Positions 39,457 to 52,217 of a stretch of 64,000 bases of DNA are shown in pieces. The translations under genes and the position numbers were made by a program. The DNA comes from Neocallimastix sp. 'constans'. Its lineage: Eukaryota. The DNA is taken from contig JBODTK010000010.1 in the NCBI GenBank assembly GCA_050613775.1, positions 1,488,001 through 1,552,000 of the forward strand, given 5' to 3'. How positions within the stretch are numbered: position 1 is the stretch's first letter; each line of letters begins with the position of its first letter. The notes under the pieces are model-generated. The model did no database searches and was not told the DNA's origin. It saw only the letters and a program-made list of their open reading frames with translations.

Positions 39457-40849
39457 GTAATATATTTATCATCAAATTTCCTTATTATCCAATTTAATAA
39501 TTAATTTATTTTATAATAAAATTTTATATGGAATATATAATATTTTTTTTAATGATAATTAATAATATTAAAATTTTATTTTATTTTATTTAATTTTAAT
39601 TTTTTTTTTATTTTTTTTTTTTTGTTAGGAAACAAACTCTAAAAAATATAAAAAGAATATATATAAAATAATAACATTTCTAATGATTCTTTATTTTTTT
39701 TTTTAATTAAATAATAATAATAATGATAATAATAATAAAATAAAAAAGATGTCACTAATTATTTACAATTATATTATTAAAGTTTATTATGATTAATTTT
39801 AATTTTATTATTTTCCATAGTTGTTACACAGTATTAATAAGAAGAAATATTAATTATTGTATAACCAATATTAAATTGTAGTATATTTAATTATATTTTA
39901 ATATAATTTATATTTTATTTTTGTTTCATTATTTATGAATTAATTTTATTCAATATTTATGGTAATGATTATTGTAATTATTAATAATTTTATTATTTTA
40001 TTATTTTAAATAATAATAATATTAATTAAAATTTGGTTTATTTTTGATAATTATTATTATTTTTTTTTTTTTTTAAGAAATATCAATATATTATTAAATG
40101 TTTCAATATTTTACAATCAGATATAAATTTAATTATTAAATATAAATTATTTTTCATTTTTACATTATTTTTATTTGCTTATTTTTTTTTATATAAATAT
40201 TATTATAAATATTATTAATATTTATATATATATTTTTTAAATATTACTTATAACATTATTATTAATTAAAAAATATCATGAAATATTATTTTTGATTTAT
40301 TATAATAATAAAGACTTATGAAATTTAATTTATATTATTAAGCATGTAATATTTGAATAATTGTATTAATATCTTGGTATTTCATAGTATAATTAATGTT
40401 TAATTAAAATATATTTACCTGTTGAATTATAATATATTTATATTGTTATCGATAACTATTTATTTAAAATATATTTGAAAAAAAAAAAAAATGCAATATA
40501 AATAAATAATTAAATATTTAAATTGTAATAAATTATTGAAACTATTAATTTTTTTCAAGTTAATTATTTTTAAATAATAGTACCATGGATATGGATATAT
40601 AGGTATATAGAATATTTAATAATTAAATTTAAATTAATACATATTAATTTTGATAGTATTACCTTTATTTTTAAATCTAGATTCTTTAAAATAATAAAAT
40701 TGATATTACAATATATTTCTTACTAAAAAAAAAAAAAAATATAAATACATGGAAGAATTCCTTAAAAATATATATATTTCAATAAATTTAAATAAAATAA
40801 TTTATTAAATAATTTATAATAAAACTAATTAATAAAAATAAAATCTTTT

Positions 40850-40885
<36 letters not shown>

Positions 40886-40926
40886 TTAAATATTAATATT
40901 AATTTATAAATTATAAAAATCTCAAA

Positions 40927-41529
40927 ATGAAATTCCAATCTGTTTTATTATTTGCTGCCGCTGCTTCTTTCGCTTTCGCTAATTCATTAGAAGTTTCTGA
41001 TAATGAAGAAGTTGCTCCTGTTTCCGATGAAACCGGTGTTAACTCTGAACCTGAAAATCCTGACACTCCATTAGATAATGAAGTTGATACTGGTAATGTT
41101 CCAGATGATACTCCAGCAGCTGATGATGAAAAGCCAAATGAAGATGAAGATGTCACTGAAAATGACACTCCTGCTGATAATTCTGACGAAAATGTTCCTG
41201 ACGGTGCTGAAGAAGGTGAAGCCTCTGATGACTATGGAGATGAGAAAGCTGGCGAAAAAGGTAACGCTGATGAAGGTGAAGGTGAAGGTGAAGGTTCTGA
41301 TGATTATGGAGAAGAAGGAGAAGAAGGTACTGAAGGTGCTAACAATATTGAAGATCTTGATGCTAATGATGATGCTGAAGCTTCAGCTGATGAAGAAGAA
41401 GGTACCGATGGAACTACTGTTGCTGCCGGAATTGCTGGTGCGGCTGCTCTTTCATCGGCTGGTATTTTCCTTTGGATTAAGAGATCTAAGAAATCTGAAC
41501 TTGAAAACAGTCCATTAAACATGGCTTAA
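40927..41529 (+). CDS. Acidic type-I membrane protein with two SDDYG motifs (paralog 2b, inverted near-identical copy)
   Basis: Matches 38277-38909 except for a 10-aa repeat indel and an A>D change. Confidence 0.9.
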   Translation: MKFQSVLLFAAAASFAFANSLEVSDNEEVAPVSDETGVNSEPENPDTPLDNEVDTGNVPDDTPAADDEKPNEDEDVTENDTPADNSDENVPDGAEEGEASDDYGDEKAGEKGNADEGEGEGEGSDDYGEEGEEGTEGANNIEDLDANDDAEASADEEEGTDGTTVAAGIAGAAALSSAGIFLWIKRSKKSELENSPLNMA

Positions 41530-41648
41530 ATATAAACCATCTTAAATACAAAAAAAAAAAAAAAAAAAAAAATTTGTAAACGTAAACAATCTTAAATACA
41601 AACAATTTAAAATATTGTTTAAATTCAATTTAATATTAAAAATATAGA

Positions 41649-41691
<43 letters not shown>

Positions 41692-41983
41692 TATTTTTAA
41701 TATTAAAACTTTTTCAATTTTAAATATATAGATCTTTTTTTATTTTGTTTTATTCTATTTTAATATAAATCTAACAAAGTAAAAAAAAAAAAATAGTAAA
41801 TAATAATAAATAAAAAAAAAATTTTTGTTAATATCTTTTTCATAAAATATATATATAACAAATATAGTTATGAAAAGAATTATTATCAAAACTTAATTTT
41901 TTATTTATTAAAAAGCATGTATAATAATAATTTTTTCTTTTTAAATTTTCATATCATTTAAAATAAAAATAATTAAAATATTT

Positions 41984-42016
<33 letters not shown>

Positions 42017-42308
42017 GAATAAAGTTGCTTTAAATTGTAATAATTTTTTCTTTTTAATATTTATTTATTTATTTATTTTTTATTTTTTTTATTTTATTTT
42101 TTTTTTTATATTAGGTAAGTACCTATTCTTCAAAGTTTAACTAAAAAAATTTAATAATAGTAATATTATTATTAAATAACACTGTTTTTTGAATTAATAA
42201 TTTATTATTATTATTATTAAAATATATATTAATATTTCCATTACTATCATCTGAATTAATATATACAATATATTTAATAATGATGGTAATATTAATTCAA
42301 TTTGTTTT

Positions 42309-42342
<34 letters not shown>

Positions 42343-42519
42343 TAAAAATTTATATAATAATTTGGTTTTTAATTAAAAAAAAATGGAAAAAAGTATAATG
42401 ATTTATAATTTAATAAAAGAAACTTATATTACCGATATATCTAAAAAAAATAAAAAATATAAAAAAAAAAAAAAGAAAAAATAATGATAATATAATATAT
42501 ATAAATAATTTTTATATTG

Positions 42520-42551
<32 letters not shown>

Positions 42552-43118
42552 CATTTGGAAATTAAAAGCTTTAAATATAAATAGGCTAGAAATTTTAAAT
42601 AATATATATATATATAATATTTAAATAAATTATTATTTTTATCTAATGAAAAATAATTATTTTGTTTCTTTCCTTAACAAGCTTCTATCTTTTTTTATTT
42701 TTATTTTTATTTTTATTTTTATTTTAATTTATATTTTATTTTATTTCATTTTAGTTTTTTTTTTTTTTTTTATCAATTTTCTTTTTAAAGATTATTTCTT
42801 CTTTATTTTTATTTTTTTTTTTTATTTTTATTTTTTTTTTTATTTTAATTTTTATTTTAATTTATATTTTATTTTATTTTATTTTTTTTTTATTTCATTT
42901 TAGTTTTTATTTTAGTTTTTATTTTATTTTTTTTTTTTCTTATAAATTTTTTTTTAAAGATTTATTTCTACTTTAAATTTTAGTCCTATAGGTATTACTT
43001 CTATTATTTCTTATCTTTTCTTTTTTTTTTTTTTCTTTTCCTAATTTAAATAAATAAATAAATAAAAAAAAAATTATTTTTTTATTTTTATTAATAAAAA
43101 ATAAAATTTTATTACATA

Positions 43119-43200
43119 CGTCACCTGCAGGACTCGAACCTGCGCTCCCAAAGGGAAATGGCTTAGCAGGCCACCGCGTTAACCACTCCGCCAAAGTGAC
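43119..43200 (-). tRNA. tRNA-Ser(GCT): tRNA-Ser (anticodon GCU), intronless, long variable arm
   Basis: Reverse complement GTCACTTTGGCGGAGTGGTTAACGCGGTGGCCTGCTAAGCCATTTCCCTTTGGGAGCGCAGGTTCGAGTCCTGCAGGTGACG. It has A and B boxes, folds as a cloverleaf, has discriminator G, and is followed by T-runs. Confidence 0.97.
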
Positions 43201-44009
43201 TACTATATTTTTTTTAATACAGAATTAACAAATAATACTAATTGTGCTAGAATAATATAAATTATTCTAACCTTATAGATTATTCTATTCTATATAATTG
43301 GAACTTTCCAATATTCTTCAAATATCACTAAATAAAAATCATAAGTTAATAAATCACTAATTAACTTATAATTCCTTTTTGAATTATCGATCCGATTCCA
43401 TTATAATGTATTAAAAATCTTTAGCCAAGAATATTGTCCTTGCCCACTTAATATATTAATATTATATTTCTTTTGTATTATGTTATATTGAAAATAATCA
43501 AATCTATTTAATTAGTTATTAAAATTTTCGTTATCAATTTAAATTTATTTTTAATTACTAAATTTAACTAAACCACAATAAAATATTCTGTATAATCTCT
43601 TTATTTTTATTTTATATATATTAGTATTAAACTATTATTAAATAATTAATAATTCAATAATATATAACTACTATTTATAACAATAATATTATTAACTAAA
43701 ATAATAATTCAATTTCAATTTAAATGTTTTATTTATAAAAATAATTAGTAATTAGTTTATTAAAAAAATAGTTAGGCTTTACAAATTTTAATTTGATAAA
43801 AAAATATAAATACATGTAATTTTAGTGAAATAAAATATAATCAATAACTTTCTTTTTATTAAATAAATAATTATATTATTATTTTTCTTTTATAAATTTA
43901 AATAAATAAATATTGATTTTAAAACAAATTATTTTTTTTATTGTAATTTTATTATTTGTGTTAATTATTATTATATTCCTAAAATTATATGAACCATACC
44001 ATGAAAAAT

Positions 44010-44027
44010 TGGTGGAGACATCGGGGA
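44010..44027 (+). promoter_or_regulatory. Primer binding site, tRNA-Ala type
   Basis: TGGTGGAGACATCGGGGA; its reverse complement TCCCCGATGTCTCCACCA resembles the 3' end of eukaryotic tRNA-Ala. Confidence 0.8.
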
Positions 44028-44510
44028 ATATAATAATAAATTAATACATTGGGGATAAAATTATAATATTAATAAATAATTTTTCTAATAAAACAAATAT
44101 TTTTTTAAAAAAGAAAACAATTTTTATATTTTTAACTAATTATTATTAATTGTTAAAAATATTAATTAATATTAAATTAAACTAATATTCGTGCATAGAT
44201 TTCCGGGTTAAGTTTATCCTACATAGTAATTGGGCTAGTAGGCTCTGGACTGCTATTTTTTATATTGAAAATAGTAACCGTGGCACACGCGTGGCATGAC
44301 ACCTTTCAAGAGGTAAGCTGCACGTCAGACAGTGTGTACTATCAGATTGCACGATTATTATAATTTAATAAGTGATTAATAATAATAAATAATTAATAAT
44401 TTTATTAGTTAAAAGATTTATTTTTTTTTAATTTTTTTTATTTTTACTTTTTTATAACAATTCATACATTACGAGGTTTAGCATTCTATAGATACAATAA
44501 ATTTTATTTT

Positions 44511-45428
44511 ATGAGAACATCCAGTACTTCCAGTACTCCAACAGAGAGTACTCCAGAAAGTAAGCTTAGCTTCAGAGAATTAAAGAAAGAATTAAAAGAT
44601 TTTGAAAAGCTTACTAAACAAAACCTTGACATCAACTCCTGGGCAAATGAGTTAAAGGCATGGATAAAATACCAACATATCAAGGATCCTGAAACTATTT
44701 TTACTGCTTGTATATTAACGGCTTCTGGAGAACCAAGAGAAATTATCCAAGAACTAGAAGATGGAAATGACCTTACTGAAGATGAAGATTCTGATTTCGA
44801 TAGCGATAGTGAAGGAGAAGATGATGAAGAAAGTGAATCTACTACCACCTACCCAAGCCTTGATGAAATCATAAATCATCTGAAGACTTTCTATGGACTT
44901 AAAGAAGATCAAACCAACTTGTTACGAGAATTGCGTTCCATGAAAATAAAGAAGAACGAGAAAGTTAAAGATTTTAATGTCCGTTATAGATCTTTGTACC
45001 ATAAATTGGATAAAAAGAGAAGAAGAAAAATTAGTGTTTTAGATTATGCAGATTCCTTAACCAATAATCCTGACGCATGGAGAAAGGTTATGCTTAAAGA
45101 CCATATTTCTATTACCAATGCATTCGCTATAGCTGAAAAAGTTGATCGTTTATCTATTAAAAATAGTACTGAATATTATGATAAGACTCGTTACAATCTC
45201 CTTAACTCTAAAAGTAATTTTAATAAGAACATTTCAAATGATTTTAACAAACCAAAAACCCACAAAAATGTATCTATAGAAAATCTCACTAACAAGATGA
45301 AAGAAATGAAAATTAGTACTTGCTGGTTTTGTAGCAATGAAGGACATACCAAACGAAACTGTCCTAAATTAAATTCTATATTGGAAAATAACCGCAAGAA
45401 GTTTTATGAAAATTATTTAAACCACTAA
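44511..45428 (+). CDS. gag: Gag, element 1
   Basis: Capsid-like NEKVKDFNVRYRSL; zinc knuckle CWFCSNEGHTKRNC. Confidence 0.92.
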   Translation: MRTSSTSSTPTESTPESKLSFRELKKELKDFEKLTKQNLDINSWANELKAWIKYQHIKDPETIFTACILTASGEPREIIQELEDGNDLTEDEDSDFDSDSEGEDDEESESTTTYPSLDEIINHLKTFYGLKEDQTNLLRELRSMKIKKNEKVKDFNVRYRSLYHKLDKKRRRKISVLDYADSLTNNPDAWRKVMLKDHISITNAFAIAEKVDRLSIKNSTEYYDKTRYNLLNSKSNFNKNISNDFNKPKTHKNVSIENLTNKMKEMKISTCWFCSNEGHTKRNCPKLNSILENNRKKFYENYLNH

Positions 45429-45468
45429 AAGGGAGTAGAAGCACTCCCATCGTCAAAAAAATTGCTTC
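45416..45468 (+). promoter_or_regulatory. -1 programmed ribosomal frameshift signal (U UUA AAC + H-type pseudoknot)
   Basis: Slippery heptamer in the correct gag phase. Stem 1 GGGAGT/ACTCCC, stem 2 GAAGC/GCTTC. The -1 frame is open into the ORF at 45599. Confidence 0.88.
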
Positions 45469-48400
45469 AGTCTGCCATCGTCCCAAAACAGTTGACTTAA
45501 AAGAAGATGATGATTATGAAGAAATTGCTGATTTCCAAGAAGGTACTACTACGGATTATTACGAAGATTTTGATGATGAGTCGGATGGTTCCAAAGAATT
45601 GGATTACTTAGTAAACGTTATAAAGAGAAAGGCAAATCCTAAAGATGAAGAGACTAGTGACCAAAGAGGAAAGAGGGTTCACCGTAGTCTAAGAGATGAT
45701 CCTAAGCCAATAGTTACTCCAGGTTTACGAAAACAAAAAGAAAATCAATTAAGGGGAACATCGCGACCAGTCAAAAAGCCAACAACTCAATTACATCCTT
45801 CGATTATGGCTCAACCCAGAATAGAGAAAGAAAAGAGGATTGAGAAAGAGCTAAGAGATAAGGAAAGAGCTAGTACTAGTACTTCTGTGGAAAATAATAA
45901 AAATAGTAATGTTAATATTATTAATGAAGAAACTTCTCAGGAAGGAAATAATTCTAAACAAACTTTAAATAAATTAATTCAAGAAAAATCATCAGAAAAG
46001 TCAACTGAAATTATGCCAACTAGAATTCCAAAAAGAATACAAATGCAAACTGATTGTGATAGTTATGACGTGATCAAAGATTTAAACTCCAGTAATTGCA
46101 ATATTACATTTGGACAATTATTGGACGTTGCTCCAAAGATACGGTCTCAAGTATCACAAGGACTTAAATTAGAAAAGAATAATACTAAAATTTCAGGTGC
46201 AGTGGATAATATGTGTGCTACTACAATAATAACGAACAATATAGATCATACATATAAAAGTAAACATCATGAACCACAAGAAGATGATATTGCTATGGTT
46301 GATGTAATAGTAGATGGAGTTCGTGGTAAGGCTTTAATAGATTCATGTAGCAACTTAAGTATTATCACAAAGCAATTTTTAGATAAATTACCTTATCAGT
46401 ATGAACCTATAGGAGTTAGTGCAGGACGAATACGTTTAGCAACGATGAATGATGATTACTCAGAAGATGTGTTAATCAAAGTTCCCGTAAAAATTAATGA
46501 ACTAGAACTACTTGTTACGTGTAGAATTATAGACAAGGAGATCCATTCTATGATATATTAATCAACCTCAAAACTCAAATTGATAACCAGTTATTTATAC
46601 ATCCAATTAGATATAGTCTTTGTCGATTTAATGATCAAGGTTTAATTGAAGAAATTGCACCTATTAATAATGAATATGATGATGAAGAAAAATTATTATG
46701 TGTAATCAAAGCATTGAATCACCAAGAAGCTAAGCAACAATTGAAAACGATTGAAGGATTACCACCCATAAAATATATATATGACACAGTTTTTCAAAGT
46801 ACAATTAATTCAAATTATAGAGAAGCTATTACTAAATTACTTGAAGAATATATTGATATAATTGCAACTTCTTCTGAAGAATTAACACCTTCAGTTTTAT
46901 CACCACACAAAATTATTCTTAAGGAAGGAGTTAAACCTATTAAACAAAAATTTTATCGACTTAGTAAATTAAAAACAGATATCTTAAAAGAAGAATTAAC
47001 CAAACTCATATATAAACGATTAATTGAACCTTCATGTTCAGAATGGTCATCACCAGTAGTACTTGTGCCTAAAAAGAACGGTAAATGGCGCCTGTGTATT
47101 GACTATAGGAAAGTAAATGAAGCAACTAAGAAGGATTCTTATTCTTTACCAAATATTGAGGAAATTTTTGATAGCTTAGATGGAGCAAAAATCTTCTCAA
47201 CATTAGATCTTTATTCCGGTTATCATCAAATATTAATGGATGATGATAGTGTTGAAATCACTACCTTTACAACTAAGTTCGGAAACTACCAATTCAAGGT
47301 AATGCCCTTCGGTTTAACAGGTGCTCCAGCTACATTCCAAAGAGAAATGAACCGTATACTATTTCCCTTAATAGGAAAATGCGTCTATAACTTTATCGAT
47401 GATATTTTAATCTACTCAAGAACTGAAGAAGAACACCTAGAACATCTTAAACAAGTCTTAGAAATATTCAAGGAACATAAGTTAAAAATCAATATCGAAA
47501 AGTGTTCTTTCATGCAAACTGAAGTAGAAGTACTTGGACATAAAGTATCCTCAGAAGGTTTAAGTCCATTGGAAAACAAAGTTGAAGCTATTAAAGAATG
47601 GAAGGCTCCCTCTAACATTCATGAACTTCGATCATTTTTAGGAGCCATTGGATATTATAGAAATTTTATTAAGGACTTTGCAAAAGTTACTGCTCCTCTC
47701 TGCACTCTATTAAGAAAAGGTATTAAGTTTGAATGGAAAAAGGAACAAGAAGAAAGTTTTAAAATTCTTAAGGAAAGATTAATCAATGCCCCAATATTAA
47801 GATTTCCTAGATTTGATAGAGAATTTATTATAAGAACAGATGCTTCCTATGATGGAATAGGCGGTGTGCTTTTACAAAAGGATGATGAAACTGGAAAGGA
47901 GCATCCGGTTCATTATATTAGTAGAAGTTTATCTAAATCGGAAAAGAATTATGGAATTACGGATCTAGAAGGTGCTGCTCTAATTTACTGTATTAATAAA
48001 TTAAAATCTTATATTATGGGAAATCCTAAGCAAACTATAGTATATACAGATCATAGACCATTAATCGGATTACTTAAAAGTAAGGAACCACAAAATTCTC
48101 GTCATACTAGATGGTGTTTGACTGTCAGTATGTTAGGAATTGATTTACGATATGAAACTGGAAAGAATAATGTTGTCGCAGATGCTTTATCAAGAATGAA
48201 AAATGAAAAAGAAAAGTTGTCTTAACAACACAAATTATCAAGGAACAAGATGAAAACCTGCTTTCAAGAACCATTAAGGAATTTATTGAAGAAAAATTTA
48301 CGACAATTGATGGTGTGGACTACTTTGTTGATGGCAATAATTATAGAAAATTAGTTACAGATACAAAAGAAAAACTTCAATTAATTTTTCAAGCACACAG

Positions 48401-49415
48401 TATAGGACACGAAGGCTATTACAAGACATACCAACGTTTGAAAAAGAGCTACTATTGGAACAATATGGTTAATGACATTAAGCGAATTATAGGTAAATGT
48501 GAAAAATGTCAATTAAATAAATCTCAACCATACCCTGAACCAACGGAAGATAAACCAACTGAAGTGGAAGGACCATTTACACACTTAGGATTGGACATTA
48601 TAGGACCTCTAAGTAAAACCAGAAATAATAATCAATATATAATCGTTGTGGTTGATTATTTTACTAAATGGGTTGAGGCAGAGCCCACTGAAAATGTTAC
48701 TTCTCAGGATGTGATAAAATTTTTAATTAATGTATTTGCTCGACACGGTGTACCTCAAATTATCACTACTGATAATGGAACACAATTCACATCAGATATG
48801 ACAAAAATCTTCCTTGATTTATATGATGTATATGTTAAATTTATCACTCCATATCATCCTGAAAGCAATGGTTTAGTTGAGAATCGTAATAAAGAAATTG
48901 GAAAATTATTACGATTACTAGAACAACAACACAAAGAATGGGATGAAATTTTACCATCTGCACTTTGGGCTTTAAGAACTACTAAAAACTCAATCACCAA
49001 CCATTCAAGTTTTGAATTAGTTTATGGAAGGGAGGACCAACAACCTTTTGACATTGCTGCCAGACCAACTAAGGGTATAAATAAGTCTTCTGACGAAATT
49101 CTACTGGAAAAATTTGTATCACACTACCAATGGGTAATGGAGGCCGCATCTAATATCAAAAATGCTTCGAAGTATTGGGCTACTAGGAGAGAAGAAAAGA
49201 CCAGTATGAATCAAGCTAAAAGAATAAAACCAGGTGAAATAGTACTAGTAAGAAACTTTAATCGAACTAAATTAGAACCTTACTTTGTTGGACCTATGAA
49301 AGTGGTAAAGAAACAATTCAATACAGTCACTTTAGCTGATCCTGCTACTAATATACAAATGAATCGTAATGTTCATTTGAAAAATATTGTCAAGTTTAAC
49401 TCAGCTTCTACCTAG
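45416..49415 (+). pseudogene. pol: Pol (protease, RT, RNase H, integrase), element 1, with two single-base frameshifts (~46540, ~48220)
   Basis: ALIDSCS; LCIDYRKVN, MPFGL, FIDDIL; TDASYDG, YTDHRPL, ADALSR; HHCC, TDNG, VGPM (GPY/F module). Confidence 0.92.
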
Positions 49416-50252
49416 CTTGAGTCTTAGCGGGGGCATCTTAATACAGAATGAACAAATAATACTAATTGTGCTAGAATAATATAAATTATTCTAACCTTAT
49501 AGATTATTCTATTCTATATAATTGGAACTTTCCAATATTCTTCAAATATTACTAAATAGAAATCTTAAGTTAATAAATCACTAATTAACTTATAATTCCT
49601 TTTTGAATTATCGATCCGATTCCATTATAATGTATTAAAAATCTTTAGCCAAGAATATTGTCCTTGCCCACTTAATATATTAATATTATATTTCTTTTGT
49701 ATTATGTTATATTGAAAATAATCAAATCTATTTAATTAGTTATTAAAATTTTCGTTATCAATATAAATTTATTTTTAATTACTAAATTTAACTAAACCAC
49801 AATAAAATATTCTGTATAATCTCTTTATTTTTATTTTATATATATTAGTATTAAACTATCATTAAATAATTAATAATTCAATAATATATAACTACTATTT
49901 ATAACAATAATATTACTAACTAAAATAATAATTCAATTTCAATTTAAATGTTTTATTTATAAAAATAATTAGTAATTAGTTTATTAAAAAAAATAGTTAG
50001 GCTTTACAAATTATAATTTGATAAAAAAATATAAATACATGTAATTTTTAGTGAAATAAAATATAATCAATAACTTTCTTTTTATTAAATAAATAATTAT
50101 ATTATTATTTTTCTTTTATAAATTTAAATAAATAAATATTGATTTTAAAACAAATTATTTTTTTATTGTAATTTTATTATTTGTGTTAATTATTATTATA
50201 TTCCTAAAATTATATGAACCATACCATTTGAAAAAGAACAAAACAATAATTA

Positions 50253-51124
50253 TGTAAGAATCTATAATTATTTGTTAGCAAATAATTATATTTTCTTAGT
50301 TAAGTTATTATAACTATAACTTTATTTAATTACATATAATATTTATTAAATTTATTTATTTTAATTTTAAATAATCATTAATTTAACAAAATTTATTTAA
50401 TTAATTTTAAATAATATATTTAAAATATGCTAAATTCTCTATTGTAACTAATGTATTTTGTATTGTATTCTGTATTTTATAATGTATTCTGTATTTTATA
50501 ATGTATTCTGTATTTTATTAACTATTTAATTTTATATTTTTAATATAAGGATAAATTATATGATCGAAATATCTTTTATTATTTTATTCTTTTATTTTCG
50601 ATCATTAGATTGGAAAATCGGTTAATTAAGATTTTTTCCAATTACTTTTTAGAAGTAATCGGTTTTACTTAATTAATGCGATGATCGATATGGATAGAAT
50701 ATCGATCGAAAACTTATCTAGGTTTTTCTATCTAATCTTTTCCTAGATAAGAGATTTGTTAAGATTAGAAAACCCTTTCTTATTTAACCTTATTTTCATA
50801 AAAAAATATAAATAAGGCTCTTGAGTTCTCTTTGAGAAATCAAGAGTTATTATTATAAAAAACATAGTTATAATAGTAACATTTTTATATTTTTAACTTT
50901 AATAAATTAATAAAAATATTTTATTCAAAAACATATTTTTAAGATCAATTTATACAAACAATTCTTCTCTTACATGTTGTGTTATTATTATAATTAATTT
51001 TATAATAAACTCTACATTAAAGGTAAAAAAATTTATTTTATTTTATTTTCTCAACTTAATGAATTAGTCGTTAAGTTGTAGTTAATAATTCTATTTTGAG
51101 TTAGTTCTTAATAGAATTATTACA
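50253..51124. mobile_element. Solo LTR, family A, nested in the 5' LTR of element 2
   Basis: TGTAA...TTACA ends and 5-bp TSD AATTA (50248-50252, 51125-51129). The empty site is visible in the 3' LTR. Confidence 0.9.
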
Positions 51125-52106
51125 AATTATTAAATTGTAATAATTTTCATAATATATTACAAATATTCCAATTATAATTATTATTGATTTCTTATTAAAC
51201 TAAACTTTCCTATATTCTTCTTTCATGGAAATTCTAAAATATTGATAGTAAATATTATTATTTTTCTAAAAGTTTCTAAAAGATTTCTATATTAAGAATC
51301 CCTTAAATAAATTCTATAAATTTTTAGAAAATTCTAAATAATTAAAATAAAAATATTGGTTGATTATTAATATATATATATATAAAAAAAAAAAAAAAAT
51401 TTTTTTTTAGAATAAATTAGTAATAAATATATTATATATTGTAATTATTATTACCAATTAAAAAAAAAAAAAAAAAAAAATTTTTTTTTACTAATAAAAT
51501 TTAAAATTATTAGTAATGACTTTCTAACGTTTTCGAAAAGATTTTATCATATTTATTCAATTATACTCTTAATAAATATAAAATATATTGAATAATTATT
51601 AAAATCAATTTTAAAAATCCTAATTTTAATTCAAACTCTTTTTTTTATTAAGGCTTTACAATTAAAAATAAAATTGAAAAAGTATAAATAGATCTATGTC
51701 TACTCAATAAAAAAAAAGCAGAATCTTTCCTTAGATTATAATAAGATTACTAACAAAATTAAAATAATAAAAATAAAATTAATAATAAGAATATTTTTAG
51801 TTAGTTTTAAATAGTTTAGTCTTAAAAAAAAAAAAAAAAAAAAAAAATTTTAGTTTTAAATAGTTTAGTTTGTTTAGTTTTAAATAGTTTAGTTTTGATA
51901 GTTAGTTATTTAATTAAATTTTTAGTTATAATAGTTTAGTTAATATTATTAAGTAATTTATTTAGTTTAGTGCATAATTTAATAAATAGTTTTATTTAGT
52001 TATATAAAAATAAAAAAAAAAAAATTATATTGTTTAATAAATAATTGTAATAATTAATTTTCTTATTAGTTAAAAAAAAATATAAACAAATAAACACATA
52101 AACAAT

Positions 52107-52141
<35 letters not shown>

Positions 52142-52199
52142 CAAAATAAAGTGTATTTATTGTAATCCTTTTATTTCTTATATAACCGAACATTAGAAA

Positions 52200-52217
52200 T
52201 GGTGGAGATATCGGGGA
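52200..52217 (+). promoter_or_regulatory. Primer binding site, tRNA-Ala type
   Basis: TGGTGGAGATATCGGGGA; one mismatch to the element 1 PBS. Confidence 0.8.

Larger units (their letters stand above)
43214..50226 (+). mobile_element. Ty3/gypsy LTR retrotransposon 1 (LTRs 43214-44001 and 49438-50226)
   Basis: ~790-bp direct repeats with about ten differences by eye. PBS at 44010, domain order gag-PR-RT-RH-IN, G-rich tract at 49426-49435. Confidence 0.97.

Noticed and set aside
42973..43194. 73-aa ORF MAEWLTRWPAKP...
   Set aside because: Translation through the tRNA-Ser gene.
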